64,000 nucleotides of DNA from Eledone cirrhosa. Taxonomy: Eukaryota. A program made the position numbers and the translations under genes. The stretch lies in NCBI GenBank assembly GCA_964016885.1, contig OZ024755.1:6386001-6450000 (forward strand), read 5' to 3'. A model generated the notes under the pieces. It was not told the DNA's origin. It made no database searches and was given only the letters and a program-made list of their open reading frames with translations. Shown here in pieces: positions 40,546 through 54,525 of this stretch (its first letter is position 1; every line of letters starts with the position of its first letter).

Positions 40546-41836
40546 TGAAGTTATAAAAATACTAATATCAACATACTATATCCATGCCTTCACTATTACC
40601 ATCTTCACCCGCAGCATAATCACTACAATTTAAATACTTCTAATGCCAGCTCCTTGACCAACAACCCCGAATATTAAAGAAAGAGCCTGTTAATGACCAG
40701 TGGATATGCTAAAAATGGCAGCCAAATTTTCCTAGAATCACACGCTGCTGCCTCAAAGAATACGTTGAACAATGTAGTAATTGACGAAACAAAATACGAG
40801 ATAATTGCGATTGAACCAGCGTTGATTATAAGGCTGCTCAATCTGAGCTGATCTAGAGTTAAATAACTGGAACACTAAAGTTATATCTGATATTGCCAAT
40901 ATCTAAACTGGTGAAACGGTCGTCTCGACATTCACTATTATTGGGGGCGGAGTAGCGCCTTGTTCCAACCCACTCAGCTAGTAAAACATCACTTGCGACA
41001 ACACTGGACCTAAACTCCGTCAGCATTTGACTTTCCCTAAGACAGCATCACTGTCCCGGAGCTGGGGTAAATGAATGCATGGGGCACTGCTGCTCTGCCT
41101 TACCCTGGCGTGTACCTCGCTGAGGCATACCCATAGCTAGCCATGACAGGAGGATAAAGGAAGAGGGTGGGGTTATTGAAATACTTAATTTCTTATATTT
41201 ACCTCCCACCTTTCTTTAAGAGATGCTAACAATTATTGCTGGGTTTGTATTTCCTTTCTAAGAAGGAAACTTAAATTGAATGACATTTCTTGCATTTCAT
41301 TTATAGCGTCATCACTTAATTATTTTTGTGATATGTTGTCGTCTGGTGAGACTAATACATCGACCAGGAAACATTTCCTTTCCCGGGGGAGTTTGAGGAC
41401 AATATCCGGTTGATTTGTCTTAATCTTCTTGTCACTGTGAAATGACATTATTATTATAGAGAAAAAAATAATGTAATAACTACATGACTAAAGAAATAAT
41501 AGATAGTATTATCATGATCCTTATTGTTACTCCGGTTATAGTTATAGCTAGAAGCATTTAGTTACATTAAAGATACGAATCCTGTAATTAGAAACGTGAG
41601 GGCTCTAGCTCAATGATTGCTGATAGTGATGTCAAGACTAGAGTGTCTCATTGGTATGAGAAAAACATAGCTAAAAAAAAAAAAATGAAATCTATACCTC
41701 ACACTTATGTGAGGCTGTATCCTATAAGAACCTTCTAAATATCACAATTCCAGTACAGTAACTACTAGGTGACGCGTCTCAGCTTTCAAATAGGTATCAA
41801 ATAGGTATGTGTTTCTAATAAGCAGTAAATAATTAG

Positions 41837-42024
41837 AGTTTCTACTTTTGGCACAAGACCAGCGATTATCCCAGTGCATCACTGGTACTTTATTTTATCG
41901 ACCCCGTAAGGATGAAAGGCAAAATTAACCTCGGCAGATTTGAACTCAGAACACAAAAGGCCATAACTCTAAGCTGCAAAGTATGCAGTCTGACGCTCTT
42001 CTGATACTGCCAAACACCACCTTA
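41837..42024 (-). mobile_element. SINE family 1 with TSD
   Basis: Flanks agcagtaaataattag (41821) and agcactaaataattag (42025). Confidence 0.9.
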
Positions 42025-42169
42025 AGCACTAAATAATTAGGACACCAATAGTAACGTTATGGTATATTCTTGTTACACAACCCCTTCGGTCTTAAATGTT
42101 TGTTAGTATTACACTGCAAGCAGAATAATTGCTACTAATGTCGATACCGCCATCATTATTGCATTTCAA

Positions 42170-42356
42170 GGTGGTGGTTTGGAAGTATAGGTAGAGGGTC
42201 TGGCGCCATGTTTTGCAGCAAAGAGTTACGACCCTTTATGATCCGAGTTCAAATCCTGCCGAGGTTAACTTTGCCTTTCATCCTTACGGGGTCGATAAAA
42301 TAAAGCACCAGTAATACACTGAGGTAATTGCTGGCCTTGTGCCAAATCTAGAAACA
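42170..42356 (+). mobile_element. SINE family 1 with TSD
   Basis: Flanks attattgcatttc and attattgcatctc; divergent to the previous copy. Confidence 0.9.
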
Positions 42357-42815
42357 ATTATTGCATCTCTACAAATAAATACCCTCTACGACACCACAAT
42401 ACAGCAGACAGTAACAGCAGCTGTAGCAACAACAACAATAGCTAAAGTAAGAACACCGTCCTGGTGTTTGTGTCTATACCATATTGGATTGGTGATGGAG
42501 AGTAGAGATATGATTGCAGTGATGGGGAGGATGAGGTTCCATATGAAACTGTGACATATGCTTATAGAACGGAAATGAAACAAACAGGAAGTAGAACAGA
42601 ATCAGTAAAAGTCAGGTAAGCACTATCATCACCAGCAGCAGCTACAGCAATAACAATTACACGAACAAGAACAACAACAACAACAACAGTTCTGATGAAG
42701 AGGAGGATTTTAATAATATAGAAAGAAGAGAATGAAAGATAAGTGGTAAGCAGTGAGATTACGTTAAGTACCGGAAATCAGACGAATGGGCTGGCATACA
42801 CACACACACACACAG

Positions 42816-42850
<35 letters not shown>

Positions 42851-42883
42851 GATATATATATATATACACACACACACTCACAG

Positions 42884-42921
<38 letters not shown>

Positions 42922-42985
42922 TCGCAGATATATATATATATACACATACATATATACACACATACACATATATACACACTCAGAC

Positions 42986-43037
<52 letters not shown>

Positions 43038-43639
43038 CTGGTTCCTGGTGCTAATTTAGTTCTTCCTTTTGAAAATGTGACATAGATTTATTGTGACGTC
43101 AATCCCCTTTAAGCTCTGCAAAGATGCCATATTATAGTTTGTTACTTTTTTCCCCTCGAAAACATGATTTACCGCAGCCATCGTCATAACCACCGCCATA
43201 ACTACTAAAATCAATAACAACAAAAATAATAGTGATAACATCCGATTGCAGTGATTTAAATGACAAACATAACCATAATTTATTTCTTAATCAATCAATT
43301 ATAGATAAGCTCTTTTGTTTAACCAGAGCTTCTAATCTCCCACCGAGACGAAATATATGTTTATTAATGATATCAATATGATTAGTAGTTTAGTTATCAT
43401 TATAGATAGGTTTGCTCCGTGTGAGACAATATACTTGGTAAACTTGGGGCGATATCGTGTTTTCCTAACTTAAATTTTAGTTGTTACACACTTGTGTATA
43501 GTGGTACAGAGCTTCAATTTGAACTATAGATTCCGATCTACGACAAACGTAAATATACTTTATAACTTAATGATATATAGATGTGTGTGTTCTAATCACA
43601 CAGCCAGAGTAAATATATATATACACATTGTTTTGTTTT

Positions 43640-43882
43640 GTTGTTACAGCTCACACCTATGCAGGTTTAGTTGGCCTCCTCCAAGGTATATCTCGTTGGA
43701 TGTGTCTTGGGTGATTTAATGATATGGACCCCAGTCCCTATCATCTCATTTCTATAGCTGAGTAAACTGGAACAACGTGAAATAAACGTGTCTTGCTTAA
43801 AGAAACATCACCCGGTCCGATAATTGAACTCACAACCTTTCGATTGAAAGCCCAATGCTCTAACCATTAAGCCATGCGCCTT

Positions 43883-43885
<3 letters not shown>
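43640..43885 (-). mobile_element. SINE family 2, full length
   Basis: Matches 10908-11147 and 55800-56032. Confidence 0.9.
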
Positions 43886-43923
<38 letters not shown>

Positions 43924-43929
43924 ATTTTC

Positions 43930-44160
43930 TAAAGAGTTGCAGGACAGGTTTTACAGGCAAAACCAACCGGTAAGAGATTCAGGGGTAGGCCCTGAGCAAG
44001 GTGGTTGGATAACATCCATGAGCTTGGCTGGTAACGCTTGGGGATCTCTGCCGGATCAGTTGGAGACGGTTGCTTGACAGGACCCACTGGGGGGATTGTT
44101 TGAGGGCTATGTCCCCTCGGTCCTCTCAGTGATAAGTGGGCAAAGAAGGAGACGAAAAAG
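43930..44160 (+). mobile_element. RTE-type LINE 3' fragment (second family)
   Basis: Translation RVAGQVLQAKPTGKRFRGRP*ARWLDNI..LGW*RLGI, typical RTE C-terminal GKRPRGRP..RW motif; homolog at 57080-57290. Confidence 0.75.
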
Positions 44161-45409
44161 TAAAAATGTGGTAGTGACTTCGAAGTTTCATTCTGGTCGC
44201 TTCGTGTGGATGTTTATTAATGATATGGATATGATTAGTAGTCTCGTTATTATCATAGATAGATTTGCTCGGCGTTGAATAAAATATTTGGCAACCTGAT
44301 GGGGTTACAGAGATTTCCTAACTATAATTCTAGCTTTTATACCAGGCTGTATAATGATATTGAGTTTCAATTTAATCTATAGTTCCTGGTCTATATTTAA
44401 TATATTCTCTCACATCTTTCATTTAAAAGATTTTACTAAACATCTATATTTTCATATCTCAAACTTTCATTACGAATGTAGCGAGGATGAGACTTTCTAT
44501 GCTGTTTCACTGGGAATATTCTCTTGACTTGGAAAATATACAGAATTTCTAGTATTAATTACTCTATTATATTTGTGATACTGTATTGGCTTTTATTAAC
44601 TATTAGTATTAAATATTTTCTCCAAAACAAGACAACACATTTTAACTCTCACAGTTAAAATGTATGTCTGACCTCCTATATAATTTAATCCTCAAATTTG
44701 AAATATAAGTGAGATCAAGTTTATATTTTATGTTCCACTTTTGTAAATATAGTTAGGCTTAACTTTATATTCGCATTTCATCGTTTCAGTGCTGAAGTGG
44801 CTCCGAAAATCATTAAGTTTCTTATTTCATCTGATATTTCAATCAATTACAGAGATGCACATATTATTCTATGATATTTTTGACGAGCATGCATGTATAT
44901 ATTATCTCTAAATACACGAGCACTCCATGTTTAGGAAATAAAAAAAAAGAAAGATTTTGTTTCTTTTTAAATTACATGTAATGTGGCTTGTTGTACTAAG
45001 AGGCATATCTGCAAACCCAACTTATGTTTTATATTTGTGCCCACACATACAATTCTACATTTTCAAAACCGCTTACACTGATCTAAACATTATATAATTA
45101 TTTACTGATATATTAACTGAATTACATAACAAATTCGTGTACGTTATATAATCAACCAGTCTCTAGCAGAGTCGGTTCTGTATATTTTCTTATCTTCTTG
45201 TATCCCTCGACCTCTTAACTGTGCTATCTACCTACCTGCTTACGTATTCCACTACACACTTATCTAATCATCTCTCTACCTAACATACATTCGTGAAAAT
45301 CTCAGCTAATCACACAAAGCTTCCCCTCTCTAACTGGTTATGGAATCGGAATGTATCTATTTATCCTACTATTATTCCTCTCCTTTTCGCTCACTCTCTC
45401 TCATATATA

Positions 45410-45443
<34 letters not shown>

Positions 45444-45445
<2 letters not shown>

Positions 45446-45690
45446 AAGGACACAGGTACACAGGCACAGATAGATATTGAGAGATGTAAGATAACTTTTA
45501 TATACATGTGACTAGATTTGTTTTATTATGAAACCTACTGAGAAATTAAAGTCCTGTTAAAGGCATTGCCTTCTCTCTAAACACAGAAACATAAGAGATT
45601 GCTTTTGCATGTTTCACAGAGGTTTGGTCGTTCATCAGCAGAAACAAACAGATTGAACTTATGTCAGTCGCAATTGATATCATACATTAT
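45444..45690 (-). mobile_element. Candidate Penelope-like 3' end with degenerate hammerhead core (H7)
   Basis: Minus strand CTGATGA-ac..gt-GAAACATGCA (45638-45607); abuts a TA tract; stem I not convincing. Confidence 0.35.
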
Positions 45691-47197
45691 GTTAAACGTA
45701 TATTTGTTTAATATAATGTCCAATTTGTATGAGGTGCATTCTTTTGACAACGAAATTAAATAAAGTATGTCCAACACAAGTTTCTCTACATATGTATATA
45801 ACCTGTTGAAGTGAATTTAAGGAAGACACCATTACATGGTCTGTAGAATGTCTAAAAATAGAAGGCAGCTGTCTCATAACATCTTAGCAACTTGTGAAAT
45901 GTTAGATACTGTATTCTTAGATACAATGTCCGACATTCAGCAGGGATGGTCACTAATGGAACAGCATTTATCATAGGTATCGCTCGATCAAAGATGACAA
46001 AGCTAAATAACAATACCGGAAACAACAACAAGACAATAGCAACAATACAAGAATAACACTAGTAGCAGCATTGCCAAGAAAAAACAACAACCACGTCATA
46101 TTTTCTTTTCTTTTTGAGGTCATTTCATCTGGTTTTATTATAAACGTCTGCCCGTTTTACACGTTTGCATTTATATTAAATTCTTCCGACATAATTGTAT
46201 ATGAAAACATTGAAATTATGTTCTAGAAATCTAGATTTACAAAGTATGAAAATGCTAACCGATAGCAAATATAAAGAATTGTGAATACATACGACAATCC
46301 TAGAATCTAAATTGAAATATCGTTTGACGGCGAACATGTATATTGCGCATGCTCTCACCTAACATTGATTCCCATGCGGTGAATACACAATGAGAGTAAC
46401 ACTAGCTATAAAGTAATGTGTTGTCTAGGAGAATAAAACAAATGAACATATGTAAATACATTGAAATACATAAAATATAAGAACTAAAAGAAAAATACAT
46501 GGAAGTTGTATTGAAATCTAATGAGAAACAATACTAAATAAATAAATAAATAGCTAAATAGTTAAATGGAAGTGTTTCATCACTATTTTTTGCTGACGAT
46601 AAAAATGTGTGAAAGAATTTCAATAACCTTACTCTTTTATTTATTAGCTATTTTATTTAGTTTCAGTGTGAATTTTCCTAACGGGCAAAAGAGAAAATAT
46701 ATGCATGCATATTCAGCTACACATTCATGCATACATATATATATATATACAGACAAGAAAAAGACACACGTGCATATACAAAGACACACGCACAAAGGTG
46801 GAGAAGAATAAAGGTAAAATACGTGTATAAGTTGTTATAAATGGTAAGAAATACTCGCTCTCCCTACATATATATATATACATTTTAGTACAGCATTGGC
46901 GAAGCTTTAGAATACGGCCAAGCGATCGTATATGCATAATCGGTCTGTAGCTTGAGCACTCAGATGAGGAAAGACCCCAGAGTAATAACATTACGTTCAG
47001 ACAGCTTAGCAAATCAGATATAGCGGTCGGCAGTCCAGCCGCATCACTAGAGCAACGAAAATACAGGATCCAGGAAAAGATATTATACTGACCTGGACAT
47101 AGCGGTGAGGCTGAGTGCAAAATATATAACATACATCGTATATCAACAATATACTTTACATATAGCATCCAACATCAGCGCTATATATATATATACA

Positions 47198-47235
<38 letters not shown>

Positions 47236-47236
<1 letters not shown>

Positions 47237-47484
47237 GAAGAAAGAATAGACAAGGAATTGCCTATTTTTTCTTCAAAGACCCTACTGCAGTTTCATCAAC
47301 TGGTTTACAGCATTGATGCACTAAAGAGGTGCATCAATTGTGAGGCTGTCGAATCGTCAAGGAGACACCTCACCGCGTTGGTGCTCTTCACTCGTACACC
47401 AATGCTGTAAACCAATTGTTGAAACTTCGGTATGGGCGTTGATGAAAAAATAAGTAGTTCTTTGTCTATTTTTTTTTTCCTTCG
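47236..47484. mobile_element. Inverted-repeat element family H6 with hammerhead half-motif
   Basis: Arms 47236-47315 / 47399-47484; minus strand GAA-ACTGCAGT-A (palindromic stem III, GUA); plus arm gaaacttcggta at 47421. Confidence 0.6.
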
Positions 47485-49229
47485 CATTTATAATTTGATA
47501 AATAGCTGATTAAATGAGTATTTTAATCCTTCGGTCATTGTGCAAAACTGGTGAAGGTGGGTCATTAATGACATATCTATGTATTTATGTAACTGTATGT
47601 GTATCATATGTGCGTGTGCGTGTGCGTGTGCGTGTGCGTGTGCGTGTGTGTGTGTGTGCGTGTGTGTGTGTGTGTGTGTGTTTATATGATTGTCGGTGCA
47701 TGTGTATATCTGAGTATGTGTATGTACGTACGTGTTCTCCAATGTGTCGGTCTATGTGTATAGGTGTCTATGTATGCGTTTCTGCGTGTGACGTTATGTA
47801 TGTCCCTGTCTACATATGTGTGTTTGTGTCAAAACAAGTTTATAAAAAGCAGAAGAGAAATTTAGCTAAAAAATTAAGGGAGTGGACTAAGATAAGAGAA
47901 CGTTTGGAGTGCTTCAAGAAAGCATAGAGATAAGGGAAAGTTCAGTTCTAGTGAGTTAAGTTTATGTTAACATACAGTGAACACCAAAATGTGACTAGAA
48001 ATATATATATATATATAAATATGTGTGTGTGTGGGAGAGGTGTCAACTGTGCGAAGACCATACAATAGAGTACTACTGGATGAATTATATACCGATTAAG
48101 GACATTGAATCAGTCATAAGCCTTAACCTTTCATAAATATAAGTAGTTAACTTTAATCTAACATTCAAAATTTCGGAATTCGCTCAACGATGCTGAAAAA
48201 TACGATTATATGTATATATATATCTACATGTATATGTGTATGTATGTACATGTATGTACATATACGTATGTACATGTATGTGTATGTCTGTATGAATTCT
48301 TCGATAACTATTCCGTGAATAGTCAAGTATATCTAAGTGATTGGTGAAGTGCCCAAGCTAGCTGTGAACAATATGAACGGCTAAAAGGAAATCTTAGTAA
48401 TATGTTTTTCATATACGCTTGGCATCTTATTGATAGCAGAACTAATATATTGAAGACTTCGATCATTGACACCAGTGGCCTCGTCTAGTCATTAAATTGT
48501 TGAGCTCACGATCATACAGTCGTGGGTTCGATGCTACATTTGTTGGTGATTTTCAGGATACAGTTGAGGATCTCCATCATTAAGACACATAAAAACCTTC
48601 AGAGATGCAACTTTGTAGGAAGCTAGCTATGACACATACGGGTGGGGTGGATGAAATTCCTTTCATAATATATTTGCTTATTGAAAAGAAACCTGGTATA
48701 ACAGCACTCTAATCCTTTGATTTCGATAGACGGAATATCTAGTAACTAATATAATGACCAATTATTTCGTATTCAATATATCTAACGGAAGATAAAATAT
48801 AAATATAACATTCATGCAGAGACCCTTTGACTTCATCAAGAATTCAAGACTAAAGAATATTTTATTCGGGGTCTGGAGTTGAGACGTTAAACATAATATA
48901 GCAGGTTTCCAGGTTTCATTCTCTTGCGGTAAACTTTGAATAGTTGTTTTTGTCCACAATCCAAGTGCACCTAGGGGTTACGTGTGCAAGTGCATAATCA
49001 GTAAATAACTCTTGCCCACGATGTTATGCGGTTGGATTGAACCGGGTACCTTATAACTGCAAAGTGAACTTCATTAACATGTATGTGTGTGTCTGTATGT
49101 AAATGATTGTGCTTTTGAAACATAACTTGAAACAACAGAAAACAAAATAAAATATATAAAACATAAGATTATTTTATATGAATAAGTAATTGAATAACCC
49201 ACCTCTACAAAATTTAATACAAAATTTAA

Positions 49230-49990
49230 TTCTCATCAAACACACACAGCATCATTAAATTCAAATGTAACCACGTTTATTTGTGTTTCTCATTATTATA
49301 ATGAACCTTTCGGAATTGAGGTCTCATAGATAAAATTCAATATACAATCAAATATAATGTTCTTTGGAGTTAAATCAGACCATAAAATAGTTTATGCTAT
49401 AATCCAATTTAGAGCTTAAACGTACTTAATAGTATTGACAAATATTTCCTAAATCAAATTTCTTTTCATTTCGCAATGAATCAGAAATATTATAAGATTT
49501 TCAATGAAAATTCCATTAATGTAAGCTATTCTTGTAAGAATTTTCCAAGCACCATTAACCATTTCAACTATAATGATACAGTTCCCCCTCTTACTTGCAA
49601 TTTAGACACAAATAATTTGCTAGCATAATAATAATTGTGAAAGCATTAATATATTATGATGTGAACAATTAAATGATAATTATAAACTAAAGTCTTATAT
49701 AATTTAGCAACATTAATTCGTTAAATGATTCGAAGAAAAACTTTAGGACAGAGAATTCCAAACATATTTGATATTTTAAAAAACGAAACTGATCTAACAT
49801 CGTTTAAATCAAGTAACCTATCCGTTCTTATATCCTCCAACCCCAATATGTACGTGACAGCTTTTGTTAGAATTATAAATGCCTTAGTGAAAAGATATTT
49901 ATTATATCCTCATACATTTATAACACTTAAACAAAAGGTCTCAAGTGGTCAGCAATTGTAGGCACAACTTAAAATTCTTGCATTCTTATT
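49230..49990 (+). mobile_element. Decayed Penelope-like element ORF (RT C-terminal linker and GIY-YIG endonuclease)
   Basis: From 49395: CYNPI*SLNVLNSIDKYFLNQISFHFAMNQKYYKIFNENSINVSYSCKN (cf. WFNPP.S.NV...IG..FL..I..HF......KIFN.N...SYSC); CLSEK at 49880; LNKRSQVVSNCRH at 49927. Confidence 0.8.
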
Positions 49991-50562
49991 ATACACAACG
50001 AAATGTTAAGTTATTAAGTATTTGGACAAATATGAATCATTACGTATTTTGGGTAATTTTAGGTCAGTCAATTTGCACAATACGCTTCTTAATATACAAA
50101 ATTATAATTTTTATGTACACGTAATATCGTTTCTTATTTCAACCATATATATATATTGTTTTGTATAACATCATACAGTTTTGTTTAAGCTGCTACCCCT
50201 GTTTTCAAATAACAGTTACATCGGGAACTAATATCTTTTTACTATATTTTATCTAGTCAACATTTATATATACTAGAAATAACAACAATAATGGAAATTG
50301 AGATTGAACTAAATGGAAGATCAGTTGTTCGAATCACTGAATGTTCATCGTCGAAAAGGACGATGAACTCAGCATTTAAACTCATTATCTTACACGTATG
50401 TGTGTTTACGTGCATATGACAGCCTTGGGTCCACACTGTATTCATATATATACATTAATATGCGGATGCATATAATATAAACATGCAGTTAATATATACA
50501 TATACAAGTGTGAAATAATTATGTACGAGTGCACTAACATGAACTCATTTGAAATGCGTGTG

Positions 50563-50599
<37 letters not shown>

Positions 50600-50603
50600 C
50601 ACT

Positions 50604-50757
50604 TATAGTCACTTATATATTATAGAATACTGTTGGCTTCTTGCTACAATACTTTCTATACCTTTCATTTATATATATATATATATGTATATATGAAAGG
50701 TATAGAAAGTATTGTAGCAAGAAGCCAACAGTATTCCAGAATATATAAGTGACTATA
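50604..50757. repeat. Inverted repeat (~65-bp arms) centred on (TA)n
   Basis: gaatactgttggcttcttgctacaatactttctatacctttcat and its reverse complement flank a TA tract. Confidence 0.9.
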
Positions 50758-51394
50758 GCGTCAAAATGTGAAAATAGTTAACGTAAGATGTGGGAAAAAT
50801 AATTCAAACTCAATTCAAAAAGAATCAGGATATAGATTTATCCAACAGAATTTAGTGAAATCCAGGGAAATGTGTGTACACACACAGACATGTGTATATA
50901 TATACACGCAAACATATACACACACAAGCATATATCTACACATACACACATATGTACACACACAAACATATCTACACAAACACACATATCTACACAAACA
51001 CACATACAAACACACAAACACGCATACACACACACACACACACACACACACTTATATACACACACACTATATATATATAAATAGTGTAGCTTCAGAAGAC
51101 TATAAATAATTAAGGCATACACCACAGTCAGAACGGTAGGGATGCCTGAATTACTTATGAAATAGAAATACTGCTAATCTAGGGACAATTCAAATTTATC
51201 CCATTAGTTCAGCAAATTGAGGCAGACAGTATTACGTGGAACTGGAGTGTACAACAATTGTGAACAATTATAAGATTAAACAGAGATTGTTTAGTGTTAC
51301 TACCGTTTCATGTGTATACAAATGTTGCACAGAACAATTTCTTTGTTTATATGTTATCTATATATACACACACACACACACACACACGTTCACC

Positions 51395-51439
<45 letters not shown>

Positions 51440-51579
51440 CCCGGGTTGAGTCGGGCATAACCACAGTAAGTAAGGTACTCAATACATAGAGTAAAAGTAA
51501 TTTAATATAGAAATGGCTTCTACAGGACTAGAACTGTTTGATTTCCTCCGAATGAAACAGTTCTAGTCCTGTAGAAGCC
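51440..51579. mobile_element. Fold-back element family H2, second copy
   Basis: Tail as 11208; ggcttctacaggactagaactgttt...gaaacagttctagtcctgtagaagcc. Confidence 0.8.
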
Positions 51580-51634
51580 ACACACACATACTTTCACCTG
51601 TATATATATATACACACACACATTCACCTGTATC

Positions 51635-51666
<32 letters not shown>

Positions 51667-51714
51667 AGTATTCACCTGTGTATATAAACATATATATGTA
51701 CATATATATATACA

Positions 51715-51814
51715 CAGGGTGTCCGCCAAAAATGTATACACAAAGGCTGTGCATTCTAATAAATATTGCATGTACAGGTAATCAAAGTGTGTATACATTT
51801 TTGGGGATACCTTG
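51715..51814. mobile_element. Tc1/mariner-like MITE
   Basis: TIRs cagggtgtccgccaaaaatgtatacaca / tgtgtatacatttttggggataccttg; TA at the right end. Confidence 0.7.
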
Positions 51815-51817
51815 TAT

Positions 51818-51853
<36 letters not shown>

Positions 51854-51854
<1 letters not shown>

Positions 51855-52059
51855 ACGAAGGAATTGTGGTAAGGAAGCAGATGGACCATAACGCACCAGA
51901 GTACTCAATACTTAGGGTAGTAGAGTGGGAAATAGGAAAAACTATGACCTCGACAGAAGAGCTCAAGCCGTTTCGACGACTATTTCTGGACTAAAACTTT
52001 TTTAGTCCAGAAATAGCCGTCGAAACGGATTGAGCTCTGCCGTCGGGGTCATTCCTTTT

Positions 52060-52062
<3 letters not shown>
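51854..52062. mobile_element. Fold-back element family H1
   Basis: Longest H1 arms; GAAACGG..gagctc..GCCGTC at 52022-52044. Confidence 0.8.
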
Positions 52063-52119
<57 letters not shown>

Positions 52120-52240
52120 TAGTAACACAACAGTTAGTTCACCATACCGAGAACAATTGTTTGACCTTAGCAGATATATCTCTCTCTCTCTATGGGGAAT
52201 ATATGTTACAGGTGTGTGCCTGTGTGCGTGTGTGCGTGTG

Positions 52241-52342
52241 TATAATAAATTTGAAGACTAAAATCCAAAGAGTTCCAGAAGATCCCGTTAAGGGTGAAAG
52301 CAGCGATTCTTTGCTTAAACTTTAATCTGTTATTTTAATATA
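52241..52342. mobile_element. Fold-back element family H4 with degenerate hammerhead
   Basis: agagttc-CAGAAGA-tcccgttaagggt-GAAA-gca..tgct-T-aaacttt (52269-52323); one core substitution. Confidence 0.7.
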
Positions 52343-52861
52343 TATAACACGTTCGTGTACGTGAGTGCGCATGCCCAATCGTGCTTCTTCGGAATGACGT
52401 GCATGTATAATCAACGCGCATGCGTGTAAGGCCTTTAACGGTTGTAGCTAATTCTATCTGCTTGTATACAGCTGTCTGTGTACATGACTGAATATGCAAA
52501 TATATACACGTGTTTGTATGCAGTTATGCACATATGCACGAGTAATGCTTCATCAACACTATGTGCATATACACACACAAGCACATATATATATTATATA
52601 TATATATATACTTATGTGTGTGCAAACATGTATATACACACACACACAGCAACTGCAGCAGTACTGTCAGAGAGCAACAGAGAGAGAGAGTAACAACAAC
52701 AACAACAGCTGTAGCAGCAATGTAAGGGAAAGCATGAACAACAACATTAACTACAGCAACAACTACACCAACTATATTATAATTACAACAACAACAACAC
52801 AGTAAACAGTAAACCAGTACAGATAGCATGTTAAACCAATAGCAAAACACCTCGAGCATTC

Positions 52862-53550
52862 TCACCACTAATTCCACTATAAACCCCACCACAACCTTCT
52901 ACACCACCAATACCATCAACATTACCATCGTACACCCCACCACAACCATCACCACCAACTCCACCACTAATTCCACTATAAACCCCACCACAACCATCTA
53001 CACCACCAATACCACCAACATTACCATCGTAAACCCCACCACAACCATCACCACCAACTCCACCACTAATTCCACTATAAACCCCACCACAACCATCTAC
53101 ACCACCAATACCACCAACATTACCATCGTACACACCCACCACAACCATCACCACCAACTCCACCACTAATTCCACTATAAACCCCACCACAACCATCTAC
53201 ACCACCAATACCACCAACATTACCATCGTACACACCCACCACAACCATCACCACCAACTCCACCACTAATTCCACTATAAACCCCACCACAACCATCTAC
53301 ACCACCAATACCACCACTATTACCATCATACACCCCCACCACAACCATCTACACCACCAATACCATCAACATTACCATCGTAAACCCCCACCACAATTAT
53401 CACCACCAACTCCACCACTAATTCCACTATAAACCCCACCACAACCATCTACACCACCAATACCACCACTATTACCATCATACACCCCCACCACAACCAT
53501 CTACACCACCAATACCACCAACATTACCATCGTAAATTCCACCACAACCA
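52862..53550. repeat. ~100-bp higher-order tandem repeat of (ACC)-rich subunits
   Basis: caccactaattccactataaacccc recurs at 52962, 53061, 53161, 53261. Confidence 0.9.
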
Positions 53551-54525
53551 TCACCATCGTATACGGCACCACACCACACCACAACCTCACTCCTAGTCCT
53601 ACCATCGTATACGCCACCACACCACACCCATCACCCCTAGCCCTACCACCATTAATACCATCGTAAACTCCACTACAACATATCACCACTAGCTCCATCA
53701 CCACTGTTATCACCCTATACTCCACCACAACCATTCCCACCATAGCTGCCGCCGCCGCCACCACGCCGAATACAACAACAGTAGCAGCAACAGCAACATC
53801 AACAAACGTTGCATGAGGAGGGGCACAGCAGCATTAATAGTAGTAGTAGTGGTGGTGGTGGTGGTGGTGGTAGTATCAGCAGCACCAACAGCAGCAGTTA
53901 CAGCTGGAATCATGAAAAAAAAGTACTACTGCTGCTACTACTACTACTACTACTATTGTTACTATGACCACCACCACGGTTGTTTCAACCATTACTACTG
54001 TCACTTTTACTATGACCACCACCACAACCACTTTTACTATGACCACCACCACAACCACCACCACCACCACAAACATCACTATTGTTACTACCACCACAAC
54101 GACCACTACTACTATTACTACCACCACCACCACTATTGTTTCTACCATTACTACTGTATATGTGTTGAAATCCACTGAGGCCAACTTTTATCCTTTCACG
54201 TACGTTCAAGGATCCACCAGTCAAAAGGTGGTGGAATGCTGGATTCTTTAATAAGTCTGTATCTTATACGATTCTGTGCATTCTCAGTTCAAATTCCATC
54301 TCTTACTACCAGGAGTTGACTTGCAAATAATATCAGCAATGGAAAGACCAATGGAAACCCCGTTTCTTTTAGATATTTAAGGCCGTCACACTACCATTTA
54401 TGTACCTCTAATGCCCTAGTAATAAATCAAGAGATAATGAACGAGGTAATTAGTGGGACGTAATTACGAATATAATAATGATGATTAATGGAAATAAATG
54501 AAACAATGCTGTGGATAATAATAAT

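Noticed and set aside
50343-50368. Hairpin gttcatcgtc-gaaaag-gacgatgaac, similar to 61599-61620
   Set aside because: Too short to distinguish from chance or an old repeat fragment
52831-53196. Gly-rich ORF resembling a structural protein (GGVYDGNVGG)
   Set aside because: Derived from a 99-100 bp repeat whose units shift frame; embedded in ACC microsatellite
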